NCBI RefSeq assembly: GCF_046119375.1
Contig: NW_027362770.1
Span: 191,828,001 to 191,892,000, forward strand
Direction of reading: 5' to 3'
Origin: Phyllobates terribilis
Lineage: Eukaryota
DNA: 64,000 nucleotides
In this document: piece after piece, positions 37,343 through 48,666 of the stretch
Position numbering within the stretch: the first letter of the stretch is position 1
How the letters are laid out: every line of letters starts with the position of its first letter
Notes under the pieces: generated by a model
What the model was told of the DNA's origin: nothing
What the model saw: only the letters and a program-made list of their open reading frames with translations
Databases searched by the model: none
Translations under genes and position numbers: made by a program

Positions 37343-40300
37343 CTACAGTACCCCCCCTTTAGGCCCCCCCTTTTTTAGGCCAGATAGAAATTTAGCTAGG
37401 ATGAGAGGGGCATGGATGTTCTCCCGGGGCTCCCACGTTCTCTCCTCAGGACCAAACCCCTTCCAATCTACCAGAAAAAAGGTCTTTCCTCTTACCCTTT
37501 TGGTGGCAAGAATGTTCTCTACCTCAAACTCGTCCTCAGCAGAAACCGGAGCAGGAGGCGTACCTGTAGACTTGGAAAAAGAGTTAAGCACCACGGGTTT
37601 GAGGAGAGATACATGGAAGGAGTTAGGGATCCGTAAGTTGGCCGGGAGTTTCAATTTATAGGCCACCGGGTTGATCTGACTGATGACCTCCAGAGGACCG
37701 ATGAACCGAGGCCCTAACTTGTAAGAAGGTATCTTGAGTCGAACATATTTAGATGAGAGCCAGACTTTATCTCCTGGACGAAATTGTGGAGGATCCAGGC
37801 GTTTTTTGTCAGCGTGTCTTTTCATACGCTCGGATGACAGAAGGAGTGCGGACCGGGTACTCTCCCATATGGAGGAAAATTTGCTAACGAGAGATTCCGC
37901 AGCCGGGTTGTCCACAGAGGTGGAGACAGGAAAAGGAATCTGAGGATGCTGACCAAAGACTACAAAAAACGGGGATTTGGAGGAGGATTCGCTCTCGTGA
38001 TTATTATAAGAGAACTCGGCCCATGGTAGGAGATCCACCCAGTCAGAATGGTGGGCATTAACGAAGTGCCGGAGGTAACTGGTCAGGTTCTGATTGATCC
38101 GCTCCACTTGACCATTGGACTGTGGGTGGTAAGCGGAAGAGAAGTCCAGGGTGACGTCTAGTAGTTTACAAGTGGCTCTCCAGAAACGTGAGGTGAACTG
38201 TACCCCACGATCCGACACGATGTGGAGGGGCAGGCCATGAAGACGGAAGATGTGGCGGATAAAGTCTTTAGCCAGCTCGGGTGCAGACGGAAGGCCTGGC
38301 AGGGGAATAAAGTGAGCCATCTTGGAAAAGCGGTCAGCGACCACCCAAATGACCGTACAACCGGCAGAGACGGGGAGATCAGTTATAAAGTCCATTGCTA
38401 TATGCTGCCAGGGGGCAGCAGGTACAGGAAGCGGAAGGAGGCGTCCGGCTGGCAGATGTCTCGGGACTTTGTTGCGGGCGCAGGACACACAGGCAGAAAC
38501 AAAGTCTATTATGTCCTTGTGCAGGGTAGGCCACCAATAGTGCCGGGCAATAAGCTGGAGGGTTTTTTTCTGACCGGCGTGGCCAGCTAGTTTAGACGAA
38601 TGGCCCCAGTGTAGGATCTTCTCCCGATCAGGTACTGAAACAAACGTCGTACCGGGAGGGAGACGATTTAGACTCACGGGAGCCACCTGCATTACTCTGG
38701 CGGGATCGATGATATGTTTAGGTTCTTCCTCGAGATCGGACACCAGAAAGGATCGGGACAAGGCGTCTGCTTTGACGTTTTTGTCAGCCGGGCGAAAATG
38801 AAGAACAAAATCAAAGCGAGCAAAAAACAAGGACCACCGGGCTTGGCGCGGGTTAAGTCTCTGGGCATGCTGGAGGTAAGCCAAGTTCTTGTGGTCAGTG
38901 TAAATTATTACCGGATGAAGAGCCCCCTCGAGTAGGTAACGCCACTCCTCCAACGCCAGCTTGATGGCCAATAACTCTCGGTCTCCTATGGAATAGTTGC
39001 GCTCAGAAGAGGAGAAGAGTTTGGAGAAGAAGCCACAAGTTACCATTCTCCCGGAAGATGATTTTTGAGTAAGTACCGCTCCGGCTCCAGAGGAGGAGGC
39101 ATCAACTTCCAGGAAGAACTGCTTGTTGCCGTCCGGGCGATGCAGCACCGGGGCGGAAGAGAAGGCCTGTTTTAGGGAAAGAAAGGCCTCCTCTGCTTCG
39201 GGCGGCCACTCTTTGGGATTAGTACCCTTACGGGTGAGCGCGGAAATTGGGGCAGTCCGGGAAGAGAAGTGCGGGATGAAGAGGCGGTAATAGTTGGCGA
39301 AGCCCAGGAACCGTTGAATAGCCTTCAACCCCTCTGGTCGGGGCCATTTCTCGATGGCAGACAGTTTCTCAGGATCCATTTGTAGTCCGGTCTGAGAGAT
39401 AATGTAGCCCAGAAACGGAAGCGAGGTCTGCTCAAAGAGGCACTTCTCATATTTAGCGTAGAGATGGTTCTGCCTGAGCCTGAGCAGGACCTGACGAACA
39501 TCCCTCCGGTGAGTCTGGAGATCCGGAGAGAAGACCAAGATGTCGTCCAGGTACACCACTACGCAGGAGTAGAGAAGGTCCCGGAAGATGTCATTGACCA
39601 ACTCTTGAAAGACGGCAGGAGCGTTACAGAGGCCAAAGGGCATTACCAGATATTCATAGTGGCCGTCCCGGGTGTTGAATGCCGTCTTCCATTCATCCCC
39701 CTGACGGATACGAACCAGGTTGTACGCCCCACGGAGGTCCAGTTTGGTGAAGATTCTAGCCCCCCTCAGACGATCAAATAACTCCGGAATGAGCGGAAGG
39801 GGGTACTTATTCTTCACCGTGATCTGGTTAAGGCCTCTATAGTCTATACAGGGACGGAGAGAGCCGTCCTTCTTTTTGACGAAAAAGAAGCCTGCTCCCG
39901 CCGGGGAGGTAGATTTCCGGATGAATCCCCTGGCCAGATTCTCCTCAATATATTCGGACATCGACCGGGTCTCAGCAGCGGATAATGGATAAATACGCCC
40001 ACGGGGAGGAGAATTACCAGGTAACAGGTCGATAGGGCAGTCGTATGGTCTATGAGGGGGTAGTGTCTCTGCCTCCTTTTTATTAAAGACATCAGCATAA
40101 GACCAATAAGGAATCGGAAGTCCAGGTAGATTAGCTGGGGTAGGAGAAGGACGGACGGGATGAACGGGAACCAGACAGGTCTTATGGCAGCCCTGTCCCC
40201 AGCGAAGGACTTCTCCGGTCTGCCAGTCAAGAACGGGTGCATGTTTCTGGAGCCAAGGTAGGCCTAGCAAGAGGGCGTGAGAGAGTCCAGGCAGAACATG

Positions 40301-40615
40301 GAAGGAGATACTTTCAGAATGCAGCATTCCCACCTGCAGAGTAATGGATTCGGTGATGAGTTGGATGGGGCGTGGTAAGAGCCCCCCATCCACGGCAGCA
40401 ACAGACAAGGGTACAGCCAGAGGTTTGGTGGGGATGCGGTATTTCTCTACCAGGGACTGTGAAATAAGATTCCCGGCTGCTCCAGAGTCCAGTTGGGCTA
40501 GTTCGAAATAACGGTTCTCCCCGTAGACGATTGAAACTGACAACAGCAGGGATGGAGAGGATTTATTCTTGTCTAGGTGGACCTCTCTGAGCGAACCTAG
40601 ACACAGGCGTTTCCC
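37343..40615 (-). CDS. pol: Pol of element 3 (PR-RT-RH-IN-chromodomain)
   Basis: LDSGA, YLDD, DASS, HHCC, DDE, GPY/F, chromodomain FEVENIL...FLVDWKGFGPEERTWEP; frame open from the GGGAAAC slip site; stop lies in the first bases of the 3' LTR. Confidence 0.93.
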   Translation of the reverse strand, partial: GKRLCLGSLREVHLDKNKSSPSLLLSVSIVYGENRYFELAQLDSGAAGNLISQSLVEKYRIPTKPLAVPLSVAAVDGGLLPRPIQLITESITLQVGMLHSESISFHVLPGLSHALLLGLPWLQKHAPVLDWQTGEVLRWGQGCHKTCLVPVHPVRPSPTPANLPGLPIPYWSYADVFNKKEAETLPPHRPYDCPIDLLPGNSPPRGRIYPLSAAETRSMSEYIEENLARGFIRKSTSPAGAGFFFVKKKDGSLRPCIDYRGLNQITVKNKYPLPLIPELFDRLRGARIFTKLDLRGAYNLVRIRQGDEWKTAFNTRDGHYEYLVMPFGLCNAPAVFQELVNDIFRDLLYSCVVVYLDDILVFSPDLQTHRRDVRQVLLRLRQNHLYAKYEKCLFEQTSLPFLGYIISQTGLQMDPEKLSAIEKWPRPEGLKAIQRFLGFANYYRLFIPHFSSRTAPISALTRKGTNPKEWPPEAEEAFLSLKQAFSSAPVLHRPDGNKQFFLEVDASSSGAGAVLTQKSSSGRMVTCGFFSKLFSSSERNYSIGDRELLAIKLALEEWRYLLEGALHPVIIYTDHKNLAYLQHAQRLNPRQARWSLFFARFDFVLHFRPADKNVKADALSRSFLVSDLEEEPKHIIDPARVMQVAPVSLNRLPPGTTFVSVPDREKILHWGHSSKLAGHAGQKKTLQLIARHYWWPTLHKDIIDFVSACVSCARNKVPRHLPAGRLLPLPVPAAPWQHIAMDFITDLPVSAGCTVIWVVADRFSKMAHFIPLPGLPSAPELAKDFIRHIFRLHGLPLHIVSDRGVQFTSRFWRATCKLLDVTLDFSSAYHPQSNGQVERINQNLTSYLRHFVNAHHSDWVDLLPWAEFSYNNHESESSSKSPFFVVFGQHPQIPFPVSTSVDNPAAESLVSKFSSIWESTRSALLLSSERMKRHADKKRLDPPQFRPGDKVWLSSKYVRLKIPSYKLGPRFIGPLEVISQINPVAYKLKLPANLRIPNSFHVSLLKPVVLNSFSKSTGTPPAPVSAEDEFEVENILATKRVRGKTFFLVDWKGFGPEERTWEPRENIHAPLILAKFLSGLKKGGPKGGVL

Positions 40616-41547
40616 GACCTCTCCGGGCAGGCACGGATCCGGTGCTCCTTACTGCCACAGTAGAAGCAGGTCCCCTCGGCACGGCGTAAGTCCTGACGGG
40701 TCTTGACCATCTTGGTCTGGTCGACCTGCATAGGCTCAGGAGGGTGTACCTGGTTAGAGACAGAAGGAGTGACGGGTTTCTGAAAAGTAGGAGCTAGACG
40801 TGGTAACCTCCTCTCACGGGTGACCTCTCTGGCACGCTCCTGGAACCGTAGGTCAATCCGGGTGGCAAGAGTTATTAAGTCATCGTGAGTGGTAGGAATG
40901 TCCCGACCGGCAAGTTCATCTTTAATACGGCCGGACAGACCCTCCCAGAAGACGGAAACCAGAGCGTCGTTATTCCAGGCCAGCTCCGAGGCAAGGGTAC
41001 GGAACCGTATGGCATATTGGCCCACGGTGAGACTTTCCTGACGGAGGCGTAGCAACGATGATGCGGATGAGGTCTTCCGTCCGGGTTCGTCGAAGACTTT
41101 CCGGAAAGCCGTGAGAAAAGCAGGCAAGTTGGACACCAGGGGGTCTCCTCTCTCCCATAGAGGATGTAGCCAGGCCAGGGCCTCCCCGGTGAGATGGGAC
41201 ATGATGAATGCAATTTTGGCTCGGTCGGAGTTAAACTGGTGGGACAATAGTTCAAAGTACAGGGTGCACTGATTTATGAAGCCCCGAGCCTGGGCTGAGT
41301 CGCCTCCGAAGCGAAGAGGTGCAGAAAGCCGAGGTCCGGGGTAGGATATCATGGTGTTAGTGGACAGCGGAGCTGCCGGATTGCGAGACATGGCACTGGC
41401 GGAGGTTGTTGGTGGAACAGTCAGAGTGTCCAGGCGAGTATTGACATTCCGCAGGTGACCCAGGATGGACTCCTGTTGGGACCTTTGACGGGACAGTTCA
41501 TGACACAGGTCCGAGAGCAAGGGAGCTTGGGTGCCACCGGGTTCCAT
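40597..41547 (-). CDS. gag: Gag of element 3 (PEG10/RTL-like)
   Basis: 316 aa; PLRFGGD..ARGFINQC, AKIAFIMSHLTGEALAW, CCHC knuckle CFYCGSKEHRIRAC. Confidence 0.92.
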   Translation of the reverse strand: MEPGGTQAPLLSDLCHELSRQRSQQESILGHLRNVNTRLDTLTVPPTTSASAMSRNPAAPLSTNTMISYPGPRLSAPLRFGGDSAQARGFINQCTLYFELLSHQFNSDRAKIAFIMSHLTGEALAWLHPLWERGDPLVSNLPAFLTAFRKVFDEPGRKTSSASSLLRLRQESLTVGQYAIRFRTLASELAWNNDALVSVFWEGLSGRIKDELAGRDIPTTHDDLITLATRIDLRFQERAREVTRERRLPRLAPTFQKPVTPSVSNQVHPPEPMQVDQTKMVKTRQDLRRAEGTCFYCGSKEHRIRACPERSGNACV

Positions 41548-43057
41548 GGCCCGAGCAAACTGTAACGGGTCTGGGAGGCGGAACCTCTGGGCTACTATAC
41601 AAGGGAGCGGTCCTTGTAAGGGAGCGGGTGGCGACCAGGCAGGCAGTCACAGCAGGTGACCGGGACAGTCTCTGGGTGTACGGGCAGGAGGTCACGGCAA
41701 GTGATCAGGGCAGTCTCTGGAAGAACGGGCTGGAGGTCACGGCAAGTGACCGGGGCAGTCTCTGGAAGAACGGGCTGGAGGTCACGGCAAGTGACCGGGG
41801 CAGTCTCTAGGTAAGGGGTAGGTACGACCTGTGATGGCTGAACCTCCAGGTAGGCTAGCAAGGCAGATGGAGGATGTGTGCTCCCAGGTGAGCAAGCGAG
41901 AGTCTCTGGAATAGCAGGTGGTCACAGCACGTGACGGCGGAGCCTCCAGGTAGGCAAGCAGGCAGGTAGCGGAGAAGCGCTCCCAGGTGAGCGGGCAAGA
42001 GTCTGGAATAGCTGGTGGTCACAGCACGTGACAGCGGAGCCTCCGGGCAGGCAAGCAGGCAGGTAGCGGAGAAGCGCTCCCAGGTGAGCGGGCAAGCTGG
42101 TCCATAGACAGACTGACCGGAGTTGTAAGGCAGACCGTCGGACCTCAGGCAAGCAGGCAGGTAGCTGATGTGCGCTCCCAGGTGAGCGGGCAAGTTGGTC
42201 CTTAGACAGACTGACCGGAGTTGTAAGGCAGACCGTCGGACCTCAGGCAGGCAGGCAGGTAACAGGAAATCAGGCAGGATTAGGACAGCAAGCTGGCAGG
42301 AATCTGGCAGGTAACTGGCAGGTAACTGGCAACGGGACCTGAGGGCTGAAGCAGAGTAGAACGGTGCAACAACATTGCTCGGGCACCTCCATTTTGGAGG
42401 AGGTGCCTTATATATGGTAAAGTCCTCCGGCCATTGGCCGGGGACTCCTTAGGACGGCGCGCGCGGCCCCTTTAAGAGGGAGGGAGGGCGCGCGCGCGCG
42501 CGCCCTAAGCACAATGGCCGGGAAGGAGCGCGCGCTGCCAGCAGAGCGGGAGAGGGACGCCGGGCACGGAGCAGAGCGGTGAGGGGAACAGCGTCCCTGC
42601 CTAGCAGAGGGCAGGGACGCCGGCACTACAACGTGTGAGTAGGGACAGTGAGGGTCAGCTTATCAGTACACGTTATTACTGTGCATATTTACGGTTGTCA
42701 TTTATTGTTTTCTTTCTTTGCTGTGTTAAAAATGTATACGAGTAAAGATACGGTTATCAAGATAGAGTCTGTGTGTGGGGGTCTTGCTGGGCCAGATCAT
42801 AGATACCAATGCGCGGCCTTGCCCGCGGTCACTTCAAGCGCATCACAGAAGTGGCGGAGGGAGGTCCCCCGGGGTCCGGTGAGCAGAGGCAAAAGAGCGG
42901 GGTCCTGGACCCCCACTCTTTTCTTCTGCTCACCAGACCCCATGCACCAGCAAGGCCAGTAATGTCCTCATAGCTAGGGGTTTGGGTCAGGAGGGGCGAA
43001 ACTTCCGAGTGGGCCCCTCCAGGTAATCCTGATTACAGCTATGGTGGCGCACCCTAA

Positions 43058-43257
43058 GGCCACGGCCCCACTATCAGTGGTCAGTATTTTTTCTCAGGAG
43101 TGGGAGCCAAAACCAGGAGTGGATGATAAATGCAGAATTGTTGCACTTGTTTCTATTATATCTTTTATCTGATTGTTCCTCATCTGGTTTTATCTTCCAC
43201 TCCTGAGAAAAAATACTGACTGAATACTGACCAAATACTGATAGTGGGGCCATGGCC
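43058..43257. mobile_element. PIF/Harbinger-like MITE (200 bp)
   Basis: TIRs GGCCACGGCCCCACTATCAG / CTGATAGTGGGGCCATGGCC; TAA on both sides. Confidence 0.8.
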
Positions 43258-44207
43258 TAATAGTGGATGTAGGAGAACCTCAGCAGATGACAGTGCTTTT
43301 ACTAAAAGAAATCTCTATACAAAGACCAACAATGATATTACCATGATATAGTGACCATATAGTGGTAGATACCAGTCCTGTAGAAAATGTAAGAGATCAC
43401 AGTACAGTTATAGATGGTGACTTGCAGATGACCTTCTTTCTGGTGGAGTCATTCACTTTTCCCATCTTTTCCATCTGGCCCAGACCGACATGGCAACCTC
43501 TTCCAGCCAAGACTCGGCTGCAAAGATTACAACAAAGATACATATGACTTCTCACATTTCAGGCACAATTATCCCCAACCTGCACAAACGCCTTATCCTG
43601 CTGATACCCCAATACTGATCGGCTGCTGCCATATGTGTCCCCGTTACTGCACGTACTGTGCGCCCTCTAATTTTGTTCCTACTGGAGCCTTAGATTCCCC
43701 TTTCATTGCATTGGTAAAATATATGGCCCTACTGTACCCCTCACTGTAGTGATGCCAACTGTGACCCCCACCACCTCTCCATACAGCAGGAGGGACCCCA
43801 CACAAACCTTCATACTGTATAATTGCATCCTTTAGCCCATACAGCATATTGCACCCCATAGCCCATATAGTATAATGCACCCATATAGTATAATGCACCC
43901 CCATGTAGTATAATTCATTAAGTATTATGCACCCCCATTCAGTATAATGCACCCCCATATAGTATAATGCATCCCCATATAGTATAATGCATCCCCATAT
44001 AGTATAATGCAGATCATGTCTCCTTGCTCTGCCGCAGAGTTTAACTGTATCGGCGCAGGCTGATAGAGTTAAACATAACGTAGCTCCGGGTGGGCCCTTC
44101 AGAGTGCGGGGGCCCGGGGCTGCCGCACCCACTGCCACCCCCCAGTAGCTACGCTAATGGGCGGGACACAAACAGCCATAGCTCTGAAGGAGATGTGGTT
44201 GGTGGCC

Positions 44208-44432
44208 TTATGTGCCCTTGGACAAGGTGTGCTTGGCCAGCTCTCCGGGCAGCAGCAGGCGCACAGCGGTCTGGATCTCTCGGGGGGTGATGGTGGAGCG
44301 CTTGTTGGAGTGAGCCAGGCGGGGGGCTTCCCCTGTGATGTGCTCAAAGATGTCATTGATGAAGGAATTCATGATGCCCATGGCCTTGGAGGAGATGTCG
44401 GGGTGGACCTGCTTCAGCACCTTGTACACATA
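44208..44432 (-). pseudogene. H2B: Histone H2B pseudogene, paralog of 6709-6933
   Basis: [31 protein letters not shown]...[14 protein letters not shown]. Confidence 0.92.
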
Positions 44433-44840
44433 TAGATTACAGTTTGCCAAAAAACACATTGACTGGACTAAAGATAAGTGGCGCAACATTCTATTTACAC
44501 ATGAGAGCAAGATTGTTTTGTACTGGGTCTAAAGGCCGTAGACAGTTTGAGAGATGACCCAAACACTAAATTCAAGCCACGGTACACTGTGAAGACTGTA
44601 AAACATGGAGATGCAACCAGACTGGTTTGGGGATGTTTCTCATACTGTGGCGTTGGGCCCATTTATCGCATACCAGGCACTATGTACCAGTTTGAATATA
44701 TCAAAATACTGGAAGAGATCATGTTGCCTTATGCTGAATGGGAAATGCCCTTGAAATGGGAGTTTCAGCAGGACAACGACCTCATGCATACCAGAAAGCG
44801 GGCAACATCCTGGTTCCACACCAACAAGATTGATGTTAGG
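44433..44840 (+). pseudogene. Tc1 transposase fragment, paralog of 6934-7345
   Basis: Same junction and the same TVKHG/WGCF/QQDND motifs. Confidence 0.87.
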
Positions 44841-45053
44841 TTTTGTATCAAAAACAGCATAACATAAGAATGCAAAAGAACTGTGGAAAGTAGTGCAGTC
44901 AGCCTGGATCAGATGTTAGTGACTCCATGCCACACAGATGTAAAGCTGTTATCAGAAATAAAGGCTATACAACTAAATATTAGTTCAGTTATTAACAAAA
45001 AAGTGAAGTCTGGAAACAAATTTAAAATATGAGTTTGTAAATGAAAAGGCAGG

Positions 45054-46356
45054 TGTGGCGCCCCTGAGGGTTCGACCGCCACAGGGATGCTGCATTTCTT
45101 CAATGGAGTGTGGTGTTCCTCCTCTGAGGTAAGAACAGTGCGATGATCAGGACTCCACCTCCACATCCAACACCACATTTCTCCACCAGAGGGGGATAGA
45201 ACGCACTAGGTGCTGCCCTCCTGGTTACAGGGAGACTGGGGAACCAAGAGTTAGGGGAACCATTTAGTGGGTGAGGGTGGAGGACTCACATTTTAGTGAC
45301 AATTAATATTTCATATTTAATACACAGCCATCTTGGCTCTTGGTTCGTTCTTTGACTGTCTTATGATCGTGATCTCCCACCCTGAGCGTGGATCCTGTGT
45401 GGACCTGCAGTGGATGAAGTCACAGCCCTCGTACCCTGGCCTTGGGTCGAGGGGCTGGTTGCAGATAATGAATGTCTCAGCCCGGTCAAGGACCATGACC
45501 AAGAAGGCCCGGAGCTTAGGAGTGTAGCTCCACTGCAAATGGATCCCGGGAGGATGCAGACGGAGCGGTATACGCCACCTGTCCTCGCTGTTCTGATATA
45601 TTCAGAGGGATTCCGGCTGCAAGAGGGGTACCGGCCCCCGACACCTGACCTTGCTACTCCATGTCCTGGTCGGGAAAGCCCGGTAGGCCCTGAGGATCCC
45701 ACCGGGTATCGGAAAGAGCGGAGCTGCCACTGGTGCCCTTTTTCTGAGAGGAGTTCAGAGGGAGACCAGGCGTATCTACACACACACACCGACAGGAAAG
45801 AACCCGGTCTGTAGTTTAGGAACACTCTGGTGCGGGGTCCTGATTGAACACTGGACTTACTCGGAGGTTGTTGGACCCCCTTCGTACCTGGTGACCGCAG
45901 AACTCCACGAGGAGCAGGGAGTCGCCTTCCTATTGCCATCTCTTATGTGAGTAAAGCCTTGGAAGTTCACCCCTATGGCCTCCGGACTCTTTATTCTGCA
46001 CTACACCGCACAATGCGGCGCCAGACCACCTGGACTACAAACCCCCTCTATCCTGTCCCTCTGCCCTGAGGCCTTACTCCGCCTGTGGGGAGTAGTAACA
46101 ACGTTGGCTGCCATAACACCAGGCCTCAGCGGACTGCAGCAGCGCTGGTGGCCCTTCACCAGGTGCCACATGTGGCGTAGTCGAGATCAGCCACTCAACC
46201 TGGATAAGCCCATACCATTCTTTTTAATGTGACGGCCCTGGGCACGGAGCGGGTCCGGGCCACGGCTGCACCCCATCTCTCAATCACAAGGACCCGACTC
46301 CGAGTCCCCCATCTCCCAGGGTAAAGAAAAAAGGGCTTTCGGGTAGAGGCGTCACA
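45054..46356. mobile_element. Solo LTR (1303 bp)
   Basis: TGTGGCGCC...GGCGTCACA ends; TSD CAGG; empty site AAGGCAGGCATT at about 7549-7560. Confidence 0.88.
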
Positions 46357-46964
46357 CAGGCATTATTTTCATTTTAAAAATTGACATCTTGTTCATGTTT
46401 TCATTTGGAATTGAGTGTATAGCTCTCAATGACTCTATATATGGAAAGAAATGCTATGAGGATTCAGCTTTTTCACAATTGTTTTAAACACACTGTGTAT
46501 ACAGTTATCTGCAAAATAATTGCAATGGAAATTTCTGCTTATTAACACAGGTTTATACAGACAGGTAAACTAAGGAATTGCAAGTATTCAGGGTGGTCCT
46601 GACAGCACAATGGAGATGGCCTGCAGCCATGCAGAGGACAGAACTTGTTCTTCAAGGTTGGGGGATACATGGACAATAATCTATGCACATGGTTAATTCA
46701 GGGAACAAGATGGAAGATTTGAAAGACAAAATAGTTTCCTTCGTAATGCCGTTCATCTAGTGCTATATACCCATCTGCTTCCCACACCCATACTGTATAC
46801 CTTCAGTAGAGTGCTGTATAATCCTCATATGCTGTTCTGCCCCAAACTGTGCAGGATACCTCCACATACTGCTGTATACGGCCACATGATGTGCTTTACC
46901 CTCAAAATAGTACTGTATACCCCAAAAAGTATCATATACCACCACATAGTGCTGAATAAATCAC

Positions 46965-48666
46965 CGGGCAGGGACGAATCAGGTGCTCCTTACTACCACA
47001 GTAGAAACAGCTCCCCTCGGCTCGGCGTGTCTCTTGGCGAGATTTGACCATCTTGGTCTGGTCGATCTACATAGGTTCGGGCGAGCGTGCCCGGGGAGTT
47101 GCAGGTTGGGAAGCAGGTTTTTGGAAAGCAAGAGCAAGACGAGGAAATCTTCTCTCCCGGGTAGTCTCCTTAGCACGTTCTAGGAAACGGATGTCAATCT
47201 GGGTTGCTAGTGACACCAGGTCATCCAGGGTGGTAGGAACGTCCCGGTCGGCTAACTCGTCCTTAATCCGACCGGAAAGGCCCTCCCAGAAGGTTGGACA
47301 CCAGGGCCTCGTTGTCCCAGGCAAGCTCAGAAGCGAGGGTACGGAACCGTATGGCATACTGGGCCACGGTGAGACATGATGAACGCCACCTTGGCCCGGT
47401 CGGAGGGAAACTGATGTGGCTGAAGTTCAAAGTGCAGCGTGCACTGGTTCAGAAAGCCCCGACATAGGACGGGGTCACCTCCAAAACGAGGAGGCGCAGA
47501 AAGCCGGGTTCCTAGGCTGGATGCCGTGGTATTGGTAGGTAGTGGCGCTGCCGGAGCGGGTGTCGCTCGACTTGAGGCAGACACAGGTGGGACAGACAGC
47601 GTGTCCAGGCGAGAGATGACAGACCGCAGGTAGGTCAGGATGGTTTCCTGTTGGGATCTCTGACGAGAAACCTCCTGGTACAGGTCAGCAAGCAAAGGGG
47701 TCTCAGGGCCACCGGGTTCCATGGCCCGTGCAAACTGTTACGGATCCGGGTGGTGGAACCTCTGTGCTGCGGTGCAAGGAGGGACCAGGGGGGCGCAGCT
47801 AGGTATCAACTCGGACCGACCAAGGTCGTACGGCGGCTCAATCAACTCCGTGAACAGGGAAGGACGAAGCAGAGGGACCAGGTGCTACTCTGGGGACTGA
47901 CCTTGTATGAGAGCAGGTGACTCCCACGCGTCAGAAGGCAGGGACTGACCGGTACAGCAGATGAGCATGGCAGGCAGGCTGACGGGTGATCCGGGCAGAC
48001 GGACTGGCAGGCACGGCAGGTAACAGGCAGGTGATTGTAGGTAAGCGAGCTGGCAGGCACGGCAGGTAACAGGCAGGAGCCTCCAGGTAGGCTGACTGGT
48101 AGGCACGGTAGGTAACAGGCAGGTGCTTCCAGGTAAGCGGGCTGGCAAAGCCCATAGACAGACTGGCGGACTGGACTGTAGACGGACTGCCGGGCTGGAG
48201 AGAGTAGGCCAGGCTGGCGGATTGGACTTGTAGTCAGGCTGGTGGATTGGACTTGTAGTCAGGCTGGCGAACTGGAATTGTAGTCAGGCTGGCGGACTGG
48301 ACTTGTAGTCAGGCTGGCGGGCTGGACTTGTAGTCTGGTTGGTGGGCTTGACTGGTAGTCAGGCTAGCAGCGGGACCTGAGGGCTGAAGCTGAGGATAAC
48401 ACACAAAGCTACAACCTGCACGGGCACCTCCATATTGGAGGAGGTGCCTTTTATAGGGGAAGTCCTGCGGCCATTGGCCGGGGACTTTTTAGGACGGCGC
48501 GCGCGGCCCCTTTACGAAGGAGGGAGCACGTGCCCTACGCACAGAGCCGTGGAGGCTGCGTGCACCAGCAGCAGCTGTAGGGAGGACAAAAAACGCCGGA
48601 GCAGGGCCGCGGCGGTAAGGGGGACGGCGTCTCTGCCGGGCCGGAGTCAGAGACGCCGATGCTACA
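46965..48666 (-). mobile_element. gag: Truncated chromovirus element 4: 5' LTR (47736-48666) plus broken gag
   Basis: MEPGGPETPLL...CRGFLNQC homologous to element 3 gag; frameshifted; cut just after the CCHC knuckle at 46965. Confidence 0.88.

Larger units (their letters stand above)
36280..42630 (-). mobile_element. Chromovirus (Tf1/sushi-like) element 3, full-length
   Basis: LTRs 36280-37347 and 41561-42630, nearly identical; 5-bp TSD ACGTG at 36275-36279 and 42631-42635; polypurine tract next to 37348. Confidence 0.96.
21932..42836 (+). mobile_element. Ty3/Gypsy element 1 (host of the nest), defective
   Basis: 5' LTR 21932-22712 (TGTAGT...TTCA); 3' LTR 35700-36279 plus 42631-42836; TSD AGCG; empty site CACCAGCGCATCAC at about 2587-2600. 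Confidence 0.95.
18506..46964 (+). repeat. Segmental duplication, copy 2, expanded by insertions
   Basis: 18506-21931 matches about 49-2592; 42837-45053 and 46357-46964 match about 2590-8161 minus the Penelope element. Confidence 0.9.

Noticed and set aside
23467-41255. Many antisense or alternative-frame ORFs over gag and pol
   Set aside because: Short shadow ORFs typical of GC-rich coding sequence, with no recognisable motifs.
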